NCBI GenBank assembly: GCA_965215015.1
Contig: OZ244042.1
Coordinates: 352,001 to 416,000 of the forward strand
Direction: 5' to 3'
Length of the DNA: 64,000 nt
Origin: Candidatus Poribacteria bacterium
GTDB taxonomy: Bacteria; Poribacteria; WGA-4E; PCPOR2b
Part shown: piece by piece, positions 19,211 to 29,116 of the stretch
How the letters are laid out: every line of letters starts with the position of its first letter
Numbering within the stretch: position 1 is the first letter of the stretch
Program-made: the position numbers and the translations under genes
Notes under the pieces: model-generated
Database searches by the model: none
The model's input: only the letters and a program-made list of their open reading frames with translations
Told to the model about the DNA's origin: nothing

Positions 19211-20104
19211 CTAATCTTGTTCCCGATCTGCGTTCAAAAGTCGATCGAGCTTACGTTCATATTCGTAATAGTCTAAGAACTCATACAGGTCCACCCGTGT
19301 CTGCATAGTATGGACCACAGCTTTTTGTGTTCCCTCACGGCGTAATGTCTGATACACATTGAGTGCAGCCGCACTCATTGCGCGGAATGCCGATAGCGGA
19401 TAAAGCACAAGACTGACCCCCGCATCCCTGAGTTCCTCTATCGTGTAAAGTGGTGTTTTGCCAAACTCGGTGATATTTGCCAAGATGGGAACGTCAACCG
19501 CAGCCGCAAACTTTTGGTACTGATCCAGCTCCGTCAAGGCTTCGGCAAAGATCATATCTGCGCCCGCCTCCGTATAACGGCACGCACGTTCAATAGCGGC
19601 ATCTATCCCCTCGACCGCAACAGCATCTGTCCGCGCCATCAGGATAAAGGCCGAATCGGTTTTGGCATCGGCGGCGGCTTTCATCCGATCGACCATCTCC
19701 GCTGCGCTCACAATCTCTTTGTTCGGACGGTGACCACAACGCTTCGCCTGTACCTGATCTTCGATATGTACGCCGGCGGCACCCGCCCGAATCATCTGGC
19801 GAATGGTTTTAGCAATCATAAACGCATTTCCCCAAGCGGTATCGGCATCAACCAGAAGCGGAAGTTCTGTTGTGCCGGTAATGCGGCGCACATCTTCCAG
19901 AACATCGTTTAACGTAGTTATTCCTATATCTGGAAGACCGTAAGAAGCATTTGCCACACCCCCGCCCGAAAGATAGATTGATCGGAACCCAACACGCTCT
20001 GCCATCAACGCTGAGTAGGCGTTAATTGTGCCGACAACTTGCAAGGGCGTTTCTATCGCCAGGGCATCACGGAAACGACGCCCGGCAGAGGATGTATGAC
20101 TCAT
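19211..20104 (-). CDS. prpB: Methylisocitrate lyase
   Basis: [37 protein letters not shown]. Confidence 0.95.
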   Translation of the reverse strand: MSHTSSAGRRFRDALAIETPLQVVGTINAYSALMAERVGFRSIYLSGGGVANASYGLPDIGITTLNDVLEDVRRITGTTELPLLVDADTAWGNAFMIAKTIRQMIRAGAAGVHIEDQVQAKRCGHRPNKEIVSAAEMVDRMKAAADAKTDSAFILMARTDAVAVEGIDAAIERACRYTEAGADMIFAEALTELDQYQKFAAAVDVPILANITEFGKTPLYTIEELRDAGVSLVLYPLSAFRAMSAAALNVYQTLRREGTQKAVVHTMQTRVDLYEFLDYYEYERKLDRLLNADREQD

Positions 20105-20210
20105 ATCTGACCTCTTTGATTCATTTCAAAAGAAGGTACAAAATGCTAAGGACGTGAAACCTGAAAACCATCTGTTTATTAGGTCATTGGGACCGACTTA
20201 ACGTAACTGA

Positions 20211-20283
20211 TATAAAAAGGGAGTGCAAAACGCTAGGAGAAACTGAGTGTTTGTCAAAAACTCGGTTTCTGTTGCACAATCTC
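20211..20283. repeat. REP-like palindrome repeat
   Basis: GTGCAAAACGCTAG.AGAAAC.GAG...AAAACTCGGTTTCTGTTGCAC; inverted homolog at ~40600-40670. Confidence 0.7.
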
Positions 20284-20290
20284 ACCTCTT

Positions 20291-21736
20291 CTACTCGATC
20301 CAGAATGAGAAGAGACGCGCTTGACGCAGATAGAACTTCAGGCGCACCGGCTTCTCGAATACCAAGTTATGTGGGTATTTCCACTGAATCTTCGCTTGGG
20401 TGCTGTCACCGGTAAACGGCGGCGGTTCCTCTCCCGGCACCCAGAATCCCTCATGAGGGCGCTGCGTCTCTGCATCGACAATCTCGCTATAAATCTCGCC
20501 CCAAGTCGCGTCCGCATTGATGTAAACATCTTCGCCCTTCAGTTCAAACGGCTTTGTTACAATTGTGCCACATTCACCACCATCGATCGACACGAAGCCA
20601 TCGGGACGTAGCTTAGCGAGGGTCAACGCACCCGTATCTTCAAAGTGTTCGGGCCTGACATTCAATCGGAACAACTCCTTGGCACGGTTGAATTCTTTAT
20701 ACCGCTCAATGCTTGAAGGCATACGCAGGGCGTTGTAGTAGCACCAGATCTCACCGTCCTCGCGCACGATGGGGTGACCCGCCATCAGGAGTTGGCTGCA
20801 GCCGTAATTCTCCCCATTGAATGGTTCAAGTTCGATGAACAATGCGCGATCCGCGACGCGTTCCCAGTGATGGAGATCGCGTGAGACTGTCAGCTCAATC
20901 TGGTTGATACGAGTGTAGTTTGTCGCAGGCGGCGGAACAGCACCAAAAGGATTGAATATGGTCGGGAAACCAATATAAAACCCTTGGTACGGCAGCACTG
21001 CCATGTTGTAACACTCGGCGATATAGTCCTCGTCGTCAATGATGGGCGGGGTGATATACGCTGGGTCTTCAATGATTTTTCGGACACGGCGACGACGATT
21101 CTCCCGGTCGGCCTCATCCGTGTGGAAAATTAGCCTCGGTTCGGAGAATGTCTTGAAATCGGAACTGGTAGAAAGCCACACGGAACGCCCCCACTCCGTA
21201 CCCAGCTTAACCATAGCGAGAAACTGGTTCGATTGGTGATCATGTGTAAACTGGGACTCGTCTTGGCTGGGGATGGGAGGCATATCAACGAAGGTCCAGT
21301 TAAAGCCGTCCGGCGACACTGCCGGATGGCGGTTGTGGGCACTGAACAAGCCTTTATAACGGCGTCCGGGATCTGGATCTGTTTCATCGCGCACAACGTG
21401 ATACGGACGCCCCGGGGCCTTGTCATCCGGGGCGAAGGAGATGTTGTTGTCCTTAGAACCGTTCGATTCGTATAGCCCGAGGGAAGGTTTTTCCCAATGC
21501 TCGCCATCTTCAGAGACCGTATAATACGAATGTTCACCGAAGTACCACCATTCCCACAGTTTCTTCTCCGAATTCCATTGCGGACAGGAGCGGCTTTGAA
21601 CCCCCTTGCCGTTGATAACGGGCCCCCATTTCTTTGGAGAGTGTAGAGTACGCGTGGTGCTTTTCATGCTTTCTACCGCGAAGTCATCTAGGAAAAGCTG
21701 GCGGTATTTCTTGGGATTAATCATATCGAGGGGCAC
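20291..21736 (-). CDS. Hypothetical beta-propeller glycoside-hydrolase-like protein
   Basis: RQLFLDD start, repeated SxDGxxW-type (Asp-box-like) motifs, LRPDGFVSIDG and C-terminal beta-sandwich. GTG start with AAGGAG RBS. Confidence 0.6.
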   Translation of the reverse strand: MPLDMINPKKYRQLFLDDFAVESMKSTTRTLHSPKKWGPVINGKGVQSRSCPQWNSEKKLWEWWYFGEHSYYTVSEDGEHWEKPSLGLYESNGSKDNNISFAPDDKAPGRPYHVVRDETDPDPGRRYKGLFSAHNRHPAVSPDGFNWTFVDMPPIPSQDESQFTHDHQSNQFLAMVKLGTEWGRSVWLSTSSDFKTFSEPRLIFHTDEADRENRRRRVRKIIEDPAYITPPIIDDEDYIAECYNMAVLPYQGFYIGFPTIFNPFGAVPPPATNYTRINQIELTVSRDLHHWERVADRALFIELEPFNGENYGCSQLLMAGHPIVREDGEIWCYYNALRMPSSIERYKEFNRAKELFRLNVRPEHFEDTGALTLAKLRPDGFVSIDGGECGTIVTKPFELKGEDVYINADATWGEIYSEIVDAETQRPHEGFWVPGEEPPPFTGDSTQAKIQWKYPHNLVFEKPVRLKFYLRQARLFSFWIE

Positions 21737-21755
21737 TGGCGTTTCTCCTTTGTTT

Positions 21756-22628
21756 TTATACAGTTCTATTGTCCAGCGAATACTCACGGTTGCCCTCAGG
21801 ACCCCCACCAATTGCCCAAGTCCCGCGGAAAAGAGATTGTCGTTTCGACGGCATCGCTGCGATCACTTCGTGGCTAAGGTTGAGGCGATGCCACTGTGCC
21901 CATATTGAGTTGTAACAATTAAAGACAGCACAGCGTGGATTGTCCGGATTGGTCCAATCGTTCGCCGCGTGAACGAGACTTTCCGTGAAGATGACCACCG
22001 AACCCGGTGGGCAACTGTAGTCATCCATTACCGCTCGCATGTTCGCTTCCCATGGAGAATCACTGATGTTTGGCCGGTATGGGTCCGGACCCCCGTAGTT
22101 GAAATGTGCTTTGTGCGACCCACTAAGGAAGGAGGTGCCGCCACTCCCTGCCTTTACCTCCTCAAGTTCCCACACCACCCGTGTAAGCCCGGAGAATATC
22201 TTACCCCCTGCGACCTGATACCGCATGGCATTGGCTTGCTGCGGTGGGCGCACGACGTGGGGCAACCCACCGTCTCCTCGCTCTGACTTGCTCCACCCGG
22301 GCGGTCGAACCGTGGTGAAAGAACCCTCACATCGGAAACTATAACAATCACCTTTCACAAAAGGATCTTCAGACAAAATTTCGGTCAAAATCCCTACGAT
22401 TCCCGGATGGTCGAGTAGTTTCTGAAGTGTGCCCGCATAGCTCTGTCTGGCACCGGCATACACCTCTGCCTTCGTCTCCTCAATCTCGGCCTCCGACAAC
22501 ACGGAGGGCAGGAGAACCCAGCCGCGGAGATCGAAGAAAAACTTCTGCTCCGGAGTCATAGGCACCGGTGCATTAGGGGCAATGCCATGGGCTGCCTCTG
22601 GCCCTGTGGTCTGCGTTGATGTCATCAT
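21756..22628 (-). CDS. Phytanoyl-CoA dioxygenase (PhyH) family protein, non-canonical
   Basis: FFDLRGWVLLPSVLS, GGTSFLSGSHKAHF, GSVVIFTESLVHA; the HxD position reads PHVV. Confidence 0.75.
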   Translation of the reverse strand: MMTSTQTTGPEAAHGIAPNAPVPMTPEQKFFFDLRGWVLLPSVLSEAEIEETKAEVYAGARQSYAGTLQKLLDHPGIVGILTEILSEDPFVKGDCYSFRCEGSFTTVRPPGWSKSERGDGGLPHVVRPPQQANAMRYQVAGGKIFSGLTRVVWELEEVKAGSGGTSFLSGSHKAHFNYGGPDPYRPNISDSPWEANMRAVMDDYSCPPGSVVIFTESLVHAANDWTNPDNPRCAVFNCYNSIWAQWHRLNLSHEVIAAMPSKRQSLFRGTWAIGGGPEGNREYSLDNRTV

Positions 22629-22962
22629 TTTACCTCAGTCCTCTACATAATTTCTTGTGGAGTGCGTAGTACCTGTAATAAAAGTAGATCGGGTTGACGC
22701 CAGTGAAATCTAACACTGAAAACATAAAGCGTGAGCAAAAAATGGGAGGCGGCATCCGCCCGTTTCCCGGTCTTCTGAAGTCTATCACCTCAAAAAAGTG
22801 AAGTCAAGCCCAAAATAGATGGACAAAGTTGCACGCGGATGGCAAAATATGAACGCCGTGAGGCGAGATCTCGTGCAGCGATGAAACGGCGGTGCGGCTA
22901 GGACTGAATGCGTTTTAACCGATGGATTCGCCGCTAATGTTCAGGACAAGGAGGGGTAACCG

Positions 22963-23496
22963 ATGTTTTATCGACGAAATCACAGAGCTTTCTGGTTAGG
23001 TGGATTGGTATTTGCCCTTGTCGCGATTGCAGCAGCCAATATGGCGGACCAAAATACCAAAACAGCCAAATCGCAAAACGCGTATGGTGTCGAGGGAGCG
23101 AAGGAGATTCGGATCCGTGGGCATCTGGTGTGTCTCGCGGAGGCGATGCACGATTTGTATCGTGCCGATCTCCCCCCCAATCACGAATACTTATACGGCT
23201 TTAAGACGATAGACGGTGTCTTTTACACACTGCTTCGCACAAATCTATCCGAAGCGTTGTTTGTCGATAAACGCTTGCACCAAAAGACGCTCATCATCAC
23301 AGGGAGAACCTTTCCAAAAACGCACCTACTGGAAGCGATTCGACTTCAATCCCTCCATGATGAGGTTGTCCATGACCTCTATTACTACTGCGACACTTGT
23401 GCAATACCTGCTGCCGCGCCGGGGGACTGTGTATGCTGTCAAGTGCCCGTTGAACTGGTTGAAAAGCCGGTCAAACTTGCCCCGCTACCGGATTAG
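22963..23496 (+). CDS. Exported hypothetical protein with C-terminal Cys-rich metal-binding motif
   Basis: Signal/TM segment; YYYCDTC...PGDCVCCQVPVEL resembles a heavy-metal-binding (HMBD) motif; GGAGG RBS. Confidence 0.65.
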   Translation: MFYRRNHRAFWLGGLVFALVAIAAANMADQNTKTAKSQNAYGVEGAKEIRIRGHLVCLAEAMHDLYRADLPPNHEYLYGFKTIDGVFYTLLRTNLSEALFVDKRLHQKTLIITGRTFPKTHLLEAIRLQSLHDEVVHDLYYYCDTCAIPAAAPGDCVCCQVPVELVEKPVKLAPLPD

Positions 23497-24461
23497 CTTG
23501 GGGTATCCTGTCTGAAAAACGCATCCACCTGTGACTCCTGCTGCTCAAGCTCGGCGAGCCGACGGCGGCTGCGCTGTCGGCATCGGAGATACACTATAAT
23601 AAATACCAACCCAAGGCTGCCCCAAAAGAGATACGAATTTGAGAATATCGCTGCCCAATAGTAACGTTGGGAGAGCGAGGCTTGCCATTCTGCGTCGAAT
23701 CTGGCGAGATCCCAGCCGATGGCCTGTTCATACGCGGTATTCAGATCGTTCCCCGCGCCAAGTAGGTCGATAACCTCCCACAGCTTTTCGACCCCTGCAA
23801 TTTTTGTCAACCACACAACCGCATTCAAGCTCTCTGCGTAAGCCAACTGCGCCCCTCTTTCAGCACTTGGAAACCGCTCCGCTAGCTCCGCGAGCGGAAT
23901 AATCGATCTCGACAGGATATGTTCAAACATAACCTCCTGGCGGTGTGGCGTCCACTCTCCGGAAAGGTAAATCGCAATCCCTTCAATAAACCACAAGGGG
24001 ATGTCTCCAATCGTAGATTTCGTGCGCTGTCCAAAGGCGATGTGCACAATTTCGTGGCGGAGGACTTGGGAGAGTTGAAACTTTCGATCAATGATAACAC
24101 GTGGGTTCTGAATCACAATGCGGCGACTGAGTGGGAACGCACAACCGACCGCCCAATCTTGGATGGGAGCATGGGCGGCGGCTTTGAATTGCTGCTGTGT
24201 CTTGCATATCCAAATCTCAATCTTGTCCATCTCTATCCCATCAATCAGACGGTTGATGTGGGGATAGAAGTCCTCGGCAATATCGGCAATATCTTGGGGG
24301 TGGGTTTCGTCGGATTGGTAATAGATCTGGAAGTGCTCGCTGTCAAGCCTTTCCCAGGCAGCCTCAGCTGCGCTATGTAGTGTAACTGCGCTGAGGATCA
24401 GAAGAGTTAGCAAACAGAACCGGGAAAGAGGGCGTAATGCTTTCCAACCGATAACGTCCAT
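23493..24461 (-). CDS. Peptidase MA-like zinc metallohydrolase
   Basis: LRHEIVH (HExxH), PLWFIEGIA, LAYAES; signal peptide and C-terminal TM. Confidence 0.85.
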   Translation of the reverse strand: MDVIGWKALRPLSRFCLLTLLILSAVTLHSAAEAAWERLDSEHFQIYYQSDETHPQDIADIAEDFYPHINRLIDGIEMDKIEIWICKTQQQFKAAAHAPIQDWAVGCAFPLSRRIVIQNPRVIIDRKFQLSQVLRHEIVHIAFGQRTKSTIGDIPLWFIEGIAIYLSGEWTPHRQEVMFEHILSRSIIPLAELAERFPSAERGAQLAYAESLNAVVWLTKIAGVEKLWEVIDLLGAGNDLNTAYEQAIGWDLARFDAEWQASLSQRYYWAAIFSNSYLFWGSLGLVFIIVYLRCRQRSRRRLAELEQQESQVDAFFRQDTPS

Positions 24462-24550
24462 GCTCTTGCCCGTCCTTTTGTAGTGGATGCCAAAAAAGTT
24501 ACGCCATTAAAGCATGATGCCCCTCTAAGGATTTGGCAACCTTAGAAAGT

Positions 24551-24830
24551 TAGAAGTTACGCACCTGAGTTTGTAGTCGCGCAATTCAACCCGCGTCTTT
24601 AAGGGAGTAGGCATACCCCGTATGCCGTCCCCCCTTCCCCGCTAAATACCGGGTGGAGTGTCCATCAATTCCTGGCTCATTGGACCTGTTTCCCCCTCGC
24701 TTGCGTTCTTGGGGGACTAAGGGGAGTAATCCCGAATACCCACACGGTTTTTTCCCCTCCCCCTGCTTGCGGGGGGACTGAGGGGGGTAATCCCGAATAC
24801 CCACACGGTTCTTTTCCCCTCCCCCTTTGT
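24551..24830. repeat. Composite MITE/REP element, family B
   Basis: TAG.AGTTACGCAC.TGAGTTTGTAGTCGCGCAATTCAACCCGCGTCTTTAAGGGAGT.GGCATAC...GTATGCC, also at 40425, 41773 and 61146; followed by duplicated CCCGAATACCCACACGG modules. Confidence 0.8.
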
Positions 24831-24863
24831 TACCGATGCAAAAAGATTTGTCGATGGTGATAC

Positions 24864-25645
24864 CTATCCTGTTTATCCTTCCATCCTGAAAATCATGATT
24901 CAGCACACGGATTCAAATAGCCACCTTATCTGATTCAGACATTTTCCGCCGCTGTCAGAATCTGGATTTACCGGATTCTATGATTCTCAGGATTCTTAGA
25001 TGATGGCGTTTCTATCCTGTTTATCCTTCCATCCTGGAAACCCTGATTCAGCACACGGATTCAAAGACTGTCAGAATCTGGATTTACCGGATTCTATGAT
25101 TCTCAGGATTCTTAGATGCTAGCGTTTCTATCCTGTTTATCTCTCCAGCCTGGAAACCCTGATTCAGACATTTTCCGCACAATCCACAATAGCCATTTCT
25201 TCACGAGTCAGAACGTATTAAACGTATTAATTGTCAGAATCTGGATTCACCAGATTGTGTGATTCTCAGGATTCTTAGATGATGGCGTTTCTATCCTGTT
25301 TATCCTTCCATCCTGAAAATCTTGATTCAGACATTTTCCGCACAATCCACAATAGCCATTTCTTCACGAGTCAGAACGTATTAAACGTATTAATTGTCAG
25401 AATCTGGATTCACCAGATTCTATGATTCGCAGGATTCTTAGATGCTGCCGTTTCTATCCTGTTTATCCTTCCATCCTGAAAATCATGATTCAGACATTTT
25501 CCGCACAATCCACAATAGCCATTTCTTCATCGGATACCTCGGCTGTCAGAATCTGGATTTACCGGATTGTATGATTCTCAGGATGTTTAGATGCTGCCGT
25601 TTCTATCCTGTTTATCCTTCCATCCTGAAAATCATGATTCAGACA
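24864..25645. repeat. Array of 102-bp palindromic elements with short spacers
   Basis: TGTCAGAATCTGGATT...AATCATGATTCAGACA units at 24953-25051 (3 nt short), 25069-25170, 25232-25333, 25395-25496 and 25544-25645, plus a half unit at 24864-24903; spacers of 17, 61, 61 and 47 bp. Confidence 0.92.
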
Positions 25646-28600
25646 TTTCCCTCCACAATAGCGATTTCTTCAGAGGTAAGACCGTATAACAAGTATACTA
25701 TCTGATCAATCTCATTTTCAAGTTCGGATACATCCGCGTCCGGATCCGTGTCTTTGGCAGCGAGAATCTGATTGACGATTTTGACAATTGCTCCTTGTTG
25801 TCCAGGAGTAATAGTTGGAACAGGAATCTTGCCTACATAGTAGTTATCGAAATCCATAGTTCTAATTGCGGCACAAAAAATAAACCTGTAAGCATACCAG
25901 TTTATGAGCGTTGAATTAAAAAGAGATGCAATAAAAAACGGACTAAAATTTTTATCTGTAATGACCGTGTTTTCGACTGTATCAACACTCAGTATATTGC
26001 CAGCTTCATCAACCGTTGAAGTTATTTTGATATGAGGCTTAGGATTCTGAATATGAGCCACAAGCCTCTGAGAAATTACTTTCGGCTGAAGCAAAAATCG
26101 AATTTTTCGATTGGTCAGATCTAAATTTTCACAGTTTATAAATCCTTTTATTCCTACAATTCCATACCGGCTTACCTCTTTTCCGCCAATCACTTGAGTA
26201 TCACCATGCGTGCTGAGATATTTTTGTATAGGCAATCCTCGCGTTGTTTTAGAAATGTTGCTGAGATACGTCCCTGCCCCCACAATCTTTGAACCCAGTT
26301 TAATCTCATCACTTGACACATCACATATCCAAGCATGAAACTGTTTGGGATATTTCCTATTGATATGAATTGTTCGCGTAAAAACATTATTCAAGAACTT
26401 ACGCCCAATGTAAAAACGACTATTACATTGAGCACTCCAAATAAAAACAACCTGCTCCAACTTGACCTCTCCAAATGCTTTTTCAACATCTACTAAAATA
26501 GCTGTCTTTTCTAATAGAGCGAAAGTTAAATCCAGCCATCTTTCGGAATACAACAGAGATTTAGGAACAATAAAAGCAACAACACCATCTGCCCTATCAG
26601 TCCTAATTAAACGGTTCTTTGCATAATCAATAAACAATGCCGCACTGTTTGAATTTCTCGTGTCTTGGATATTAACTTTGATCTTGTTCAAGTCGCTGCG
26701 GTTAATTTTAGCACCATACGGCGGATTGCCAATCACTACATCAAAGCCCTCCCTGACCCCAAACATCCACTCCGGATCGAACCAATCCGCGCTTGCGTTC
26801 TGGTCGTAGGGGTCCCAAGCGGCGACTTTATTCGCATCATCGGTAGGCATACCGATATGCGTTAATTCTGTCGCCAATGCTCGCCGCAATTTCTTGTCGG
26901 CTCGCTTACACTCTAGTTTCTGTGAGCGTGTCGTTGCGTGAAAATGCCGCTCGCGGTTCTCACTCAATTCCCCTTCCAATGCTTTGGCCCTGGGGCTGGT
27001 CAGGGTTCGTTCGCCTTCGAGACCGATGAGCGTGTTTGCCGAGATAAATCGTGTCTCCAGATTGGGCAGCGGCTTAATCCCAAAGTTAGCTGAGGCACTA
27101 TCCGGCTCCTGCTCAATGGCAAGGGAGATGAAAAAGCGGAGCTTAGCGATTTGGCAGGCTATGGATTGAATGTCCACACCGAAGATACTGTTTTGAATCA
27201 GATACAACTTCCGTCCGAAGTTGCCCGAATAATTTTCAAAGATTCTGCTAATTTCCGTGAGCTCTTCGTCGCGGCTCTGTCTATCCTTCGTATCAAACGC
27301 ATCCGCCGCCCGTTGGAGGGCGCGTTCTTTCTGTAGCTGTTCCCATCGGGTGTTATCCGGGTCCAGCCGTCGTAGGGCGAGCGTCAGTTTGTGTAGTATC
27401 CCCATCGGAAACGCCCCGGAGCCGACGGCGGGGTCAAGTATCTTCAGTTCTGAAATTGCCCGCACCACCTCGTCGGCTTCGCGGCTATCGAACCATTCGT
27501 TTGCATCGTCGAACGCCTTCGCATAATCGAACAGATAGCGCAACCGCTCGTCCCAAGCCTTGGGGTCTCCGTCCGTCGGGGCCACCTGTCCTGCAAGCGT
27601 GGCTACTAACGTCTCCTCTACCATGTAGTCCACAATGGCGCGGGGGGTGTAATAGGAACCCGTCTGCTTCCGTGCCGTTGTACCAGTTTCGGGGTTATAC
27701 GCAGCGAGCAGGTTTTCAAACACCTTACCGAGCAGCTCCGGATCCAATGCGACCTCCTGCTCTATCGGTGTGTTTTCTTCAACGGTGAACTTGTAGCGTT
27801 CCAGTAGGGGAATCAGACCGTAAGCATCATCAAAGAAGAGACGGTTGGGGATGCTTAATTGACTGTAATGCACATCGGAGAAGCAATCCACCCGGTAGCC
27901 GCCATCTCGTGTCGCCTCCTCGCTGTCGAGGCAATCGAATAAGCCACCGTTAATGAATGGGGTTTTCTCAAAGAGTGCTAGCAGTTTATCGGAATCGGCT
28001 ATCTGGTCTTTGTAGCGATACCGTGAGAAATTGCGATGAGCCGGGTTGCCCCCTTCGCTAAACCCACGCTTCTCTATCTCCGTGTTCAGCGTGGCGAAAA
28101 ACAGATTCTGTAGCACCGCCCGGTAGTAGGAATCGCCCGTGCCCCGGTCATAGTTTTTCAGCAATGGGGCGACGGGCGTCTCGTTGAACAGGTCATCGGC
28201 GACCAGTCCCTTCTCTTTGATAAACCAGACGAATAGCAGGCGCGTGATTAAGCGGATGACGTGCTCCTCCGATTTCAAGGTACGCTTTTCGTTTGTCGGG
28301 AACTCCCCTTCATCAACCGCCCATTCAAACCAGTCGAACAACTCTCGGTAGAATTTCTTGTTGAGTGCTTCGGTGTCGAGTGTCTTTTCCCAAGCGCGAT
28401 GCAGCTCGACAAAGTTGCGGACACCGTGCGTTTGGTTCAACGGGTCGAGGGCGAGATCGAATAGGATATCGATGTGGGCGCGGTGGGGATACTCGAAATT
28501 AATGTCCTTGATAAGGGTTACTTTTTCAAGGACATCGCGGGATGGGTCCCTTACCCCCAAACGGCGATTGATAATTGACAGCGTGAGCGTATTGCCGTGT

Positions 28601-29040
28601 TGAAAGAGCAGCATCGCGGGTATCGAGAACAACTTGTTGATTTCACGGGTGATTTGCGATAGTTGGGTGCGGTTGTAACCGCTGCCCTCCAACCGGATTG
28701 CGAAGAAAAGGTAGGACTCGATGATGGTGTTATCTACCTGCGTCTGGCTGGGATTGAAAATCCATCGGGTTGTATCCGTGGGCGTCAGCTCCTCGCCTGT
28801 GAGTTGGAAAAGCAGGTCAATAGAGGTCCACTCTGCTGTCAGTGCCCTATCGCGACTTAGTTTTTCTTGCGAATCATACGCGTCAATAAAGGCCTCGGCG
28901 GTATTCGACTCAAGGGCTAGCGTCCTTTCGCTCCGATAGCCGAGTGTGTTGAGTAGGTTTCGGCTGTTTTCGACGAGGCCCCCCGCGGTGAAGCGGTTTA
29001 AGGCCTCCTTGATAGCGGTTTTGTGTTGTGGGGCACTCAT
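25639..29040 (-). CDS. Eco57I/Type IIG-like N6-adenine DNA methyltransferase with C-terminal TaqI-like target recognition domain
   Basis: PFINGGLF, LLGKVFENLL, TGSYYTP, ILDPAVGSGAFP (motif I), GFDVVIGNPPY (motif IV), C-terminal EIDQIVYLLYGLTSEEIAIVE. Confidence 0.9.
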   Translation of the reverse strand: MSAPQHKTAIKEALNRFTAGGLVENSRNLLNTLGYRSERTLALESNTAEAFIDAYDSQEKLSRDRALTAEWTSIDLLFQLTGEELTPTDTTRWIFNPSQTQVDNTIIESYLFFAIRLEGSGYNRTQLSQITREINKLFSIPAMLLFQHGNTLTLSIINRRLGVRDPSRDVLEKVTLIKDINFEYPHRAHIDILFDLALDPLNQTHGVRNFVELHRAWEKTLDTEALNKKFYRELFDWFEWAVDEGEFPTNEKRTLKSEEHVIRLITRLLFVWFIKEKGLVADDLFNETPVAPLLKNYDRGTGDSYYRAVLQNLFFATLNTEIEKRGFSEGGNPAHRNFSRYRYKDQIADSDKLLALFEKTPFINGGLFDCLDSEEATRDGGYRVDCFSDVHYSQLSIPNRLFFDDAYGLIPLLERYKFTVEENTPIEQEVALDPELLGKVFENLLAAYNPETGTTARKQTGSYYTPRAIVDYMVEETLVATLAGQVAPTDGDPKAWDERLRYLFDYAKAFDDANEWFDSREADEVVRAISELKILDPAVGSGAFPMGILHKLTLALRRLDPDNTRWEQLQKERALQRAADAFDTKDRQSRDEELTEISRIFENYSGNFGRKLYLIQNSIFGVDIQSIACQIAKLRFFISLAIEQEPDSASANFGIKPLPNLETRFISANTLIGLEGERTLTSPRAKALEGELSENRERHFHATTRSQKLECKRADKKLRRALATELTHIGMPTDDANKVAAWDPYDQNASADWFDPEWMFGVREGFDVVIGNPPYGAKINRSDLNKIKVNIQDTRNSNSAALFIDYAKNRLIRTDRADGVVAFIVPKSLLYSERWLDLTFALLEKTAILVDVEKAFGEVKLEQVVFIWSAQCNSRFYIGRKFLNNVFTRTIHINRKYPKQFHAWICDVSSDEIKLGSKIVGAGTYLSNISKTTRGLPIQKYLSTHGDTQVIGGKEVSRYGIVGIKGFINCENLDLTNRKIRFLLQPKVISQRLVAHIQNPKPHIKITSTVDEAGNILSVDTVENTVITDKNFSPFFIASLFNSTLINWYAYRFIFCAAIRTMDFDNYYVGKIPVPTITPGQQGAIVKIVNQILAAKDTDPDADVSELENEIDQIVYLLYGLTSEEIAIVEGNV

Positions 29041-29116
29041 TGAAAAACTCCTTTAGGTGTGGAAACCCATAGCGCACGGTTCAACGATATCATCGGAGCA
29101 ATAACTATGTACGCCC

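Noticed and set aside
24864-25645. CRISPR array
   Set aside because: Repeats are 102 bp, spacers are irregular (17-61 bp), two are identical and three derive from the neighbouring gene; no cas genes are present.
24586-25705. ORFs 24586-24906 and 25442-25705
   Set aside because: They are translations of repeat DNA; the same peptide fragments recur in ORF 6669-6860.
25639-29040. Complete DISARM or BREX system
   Set aside because: No helicase, PLD, PglZ or BrxC genes flank the methyltransferase.
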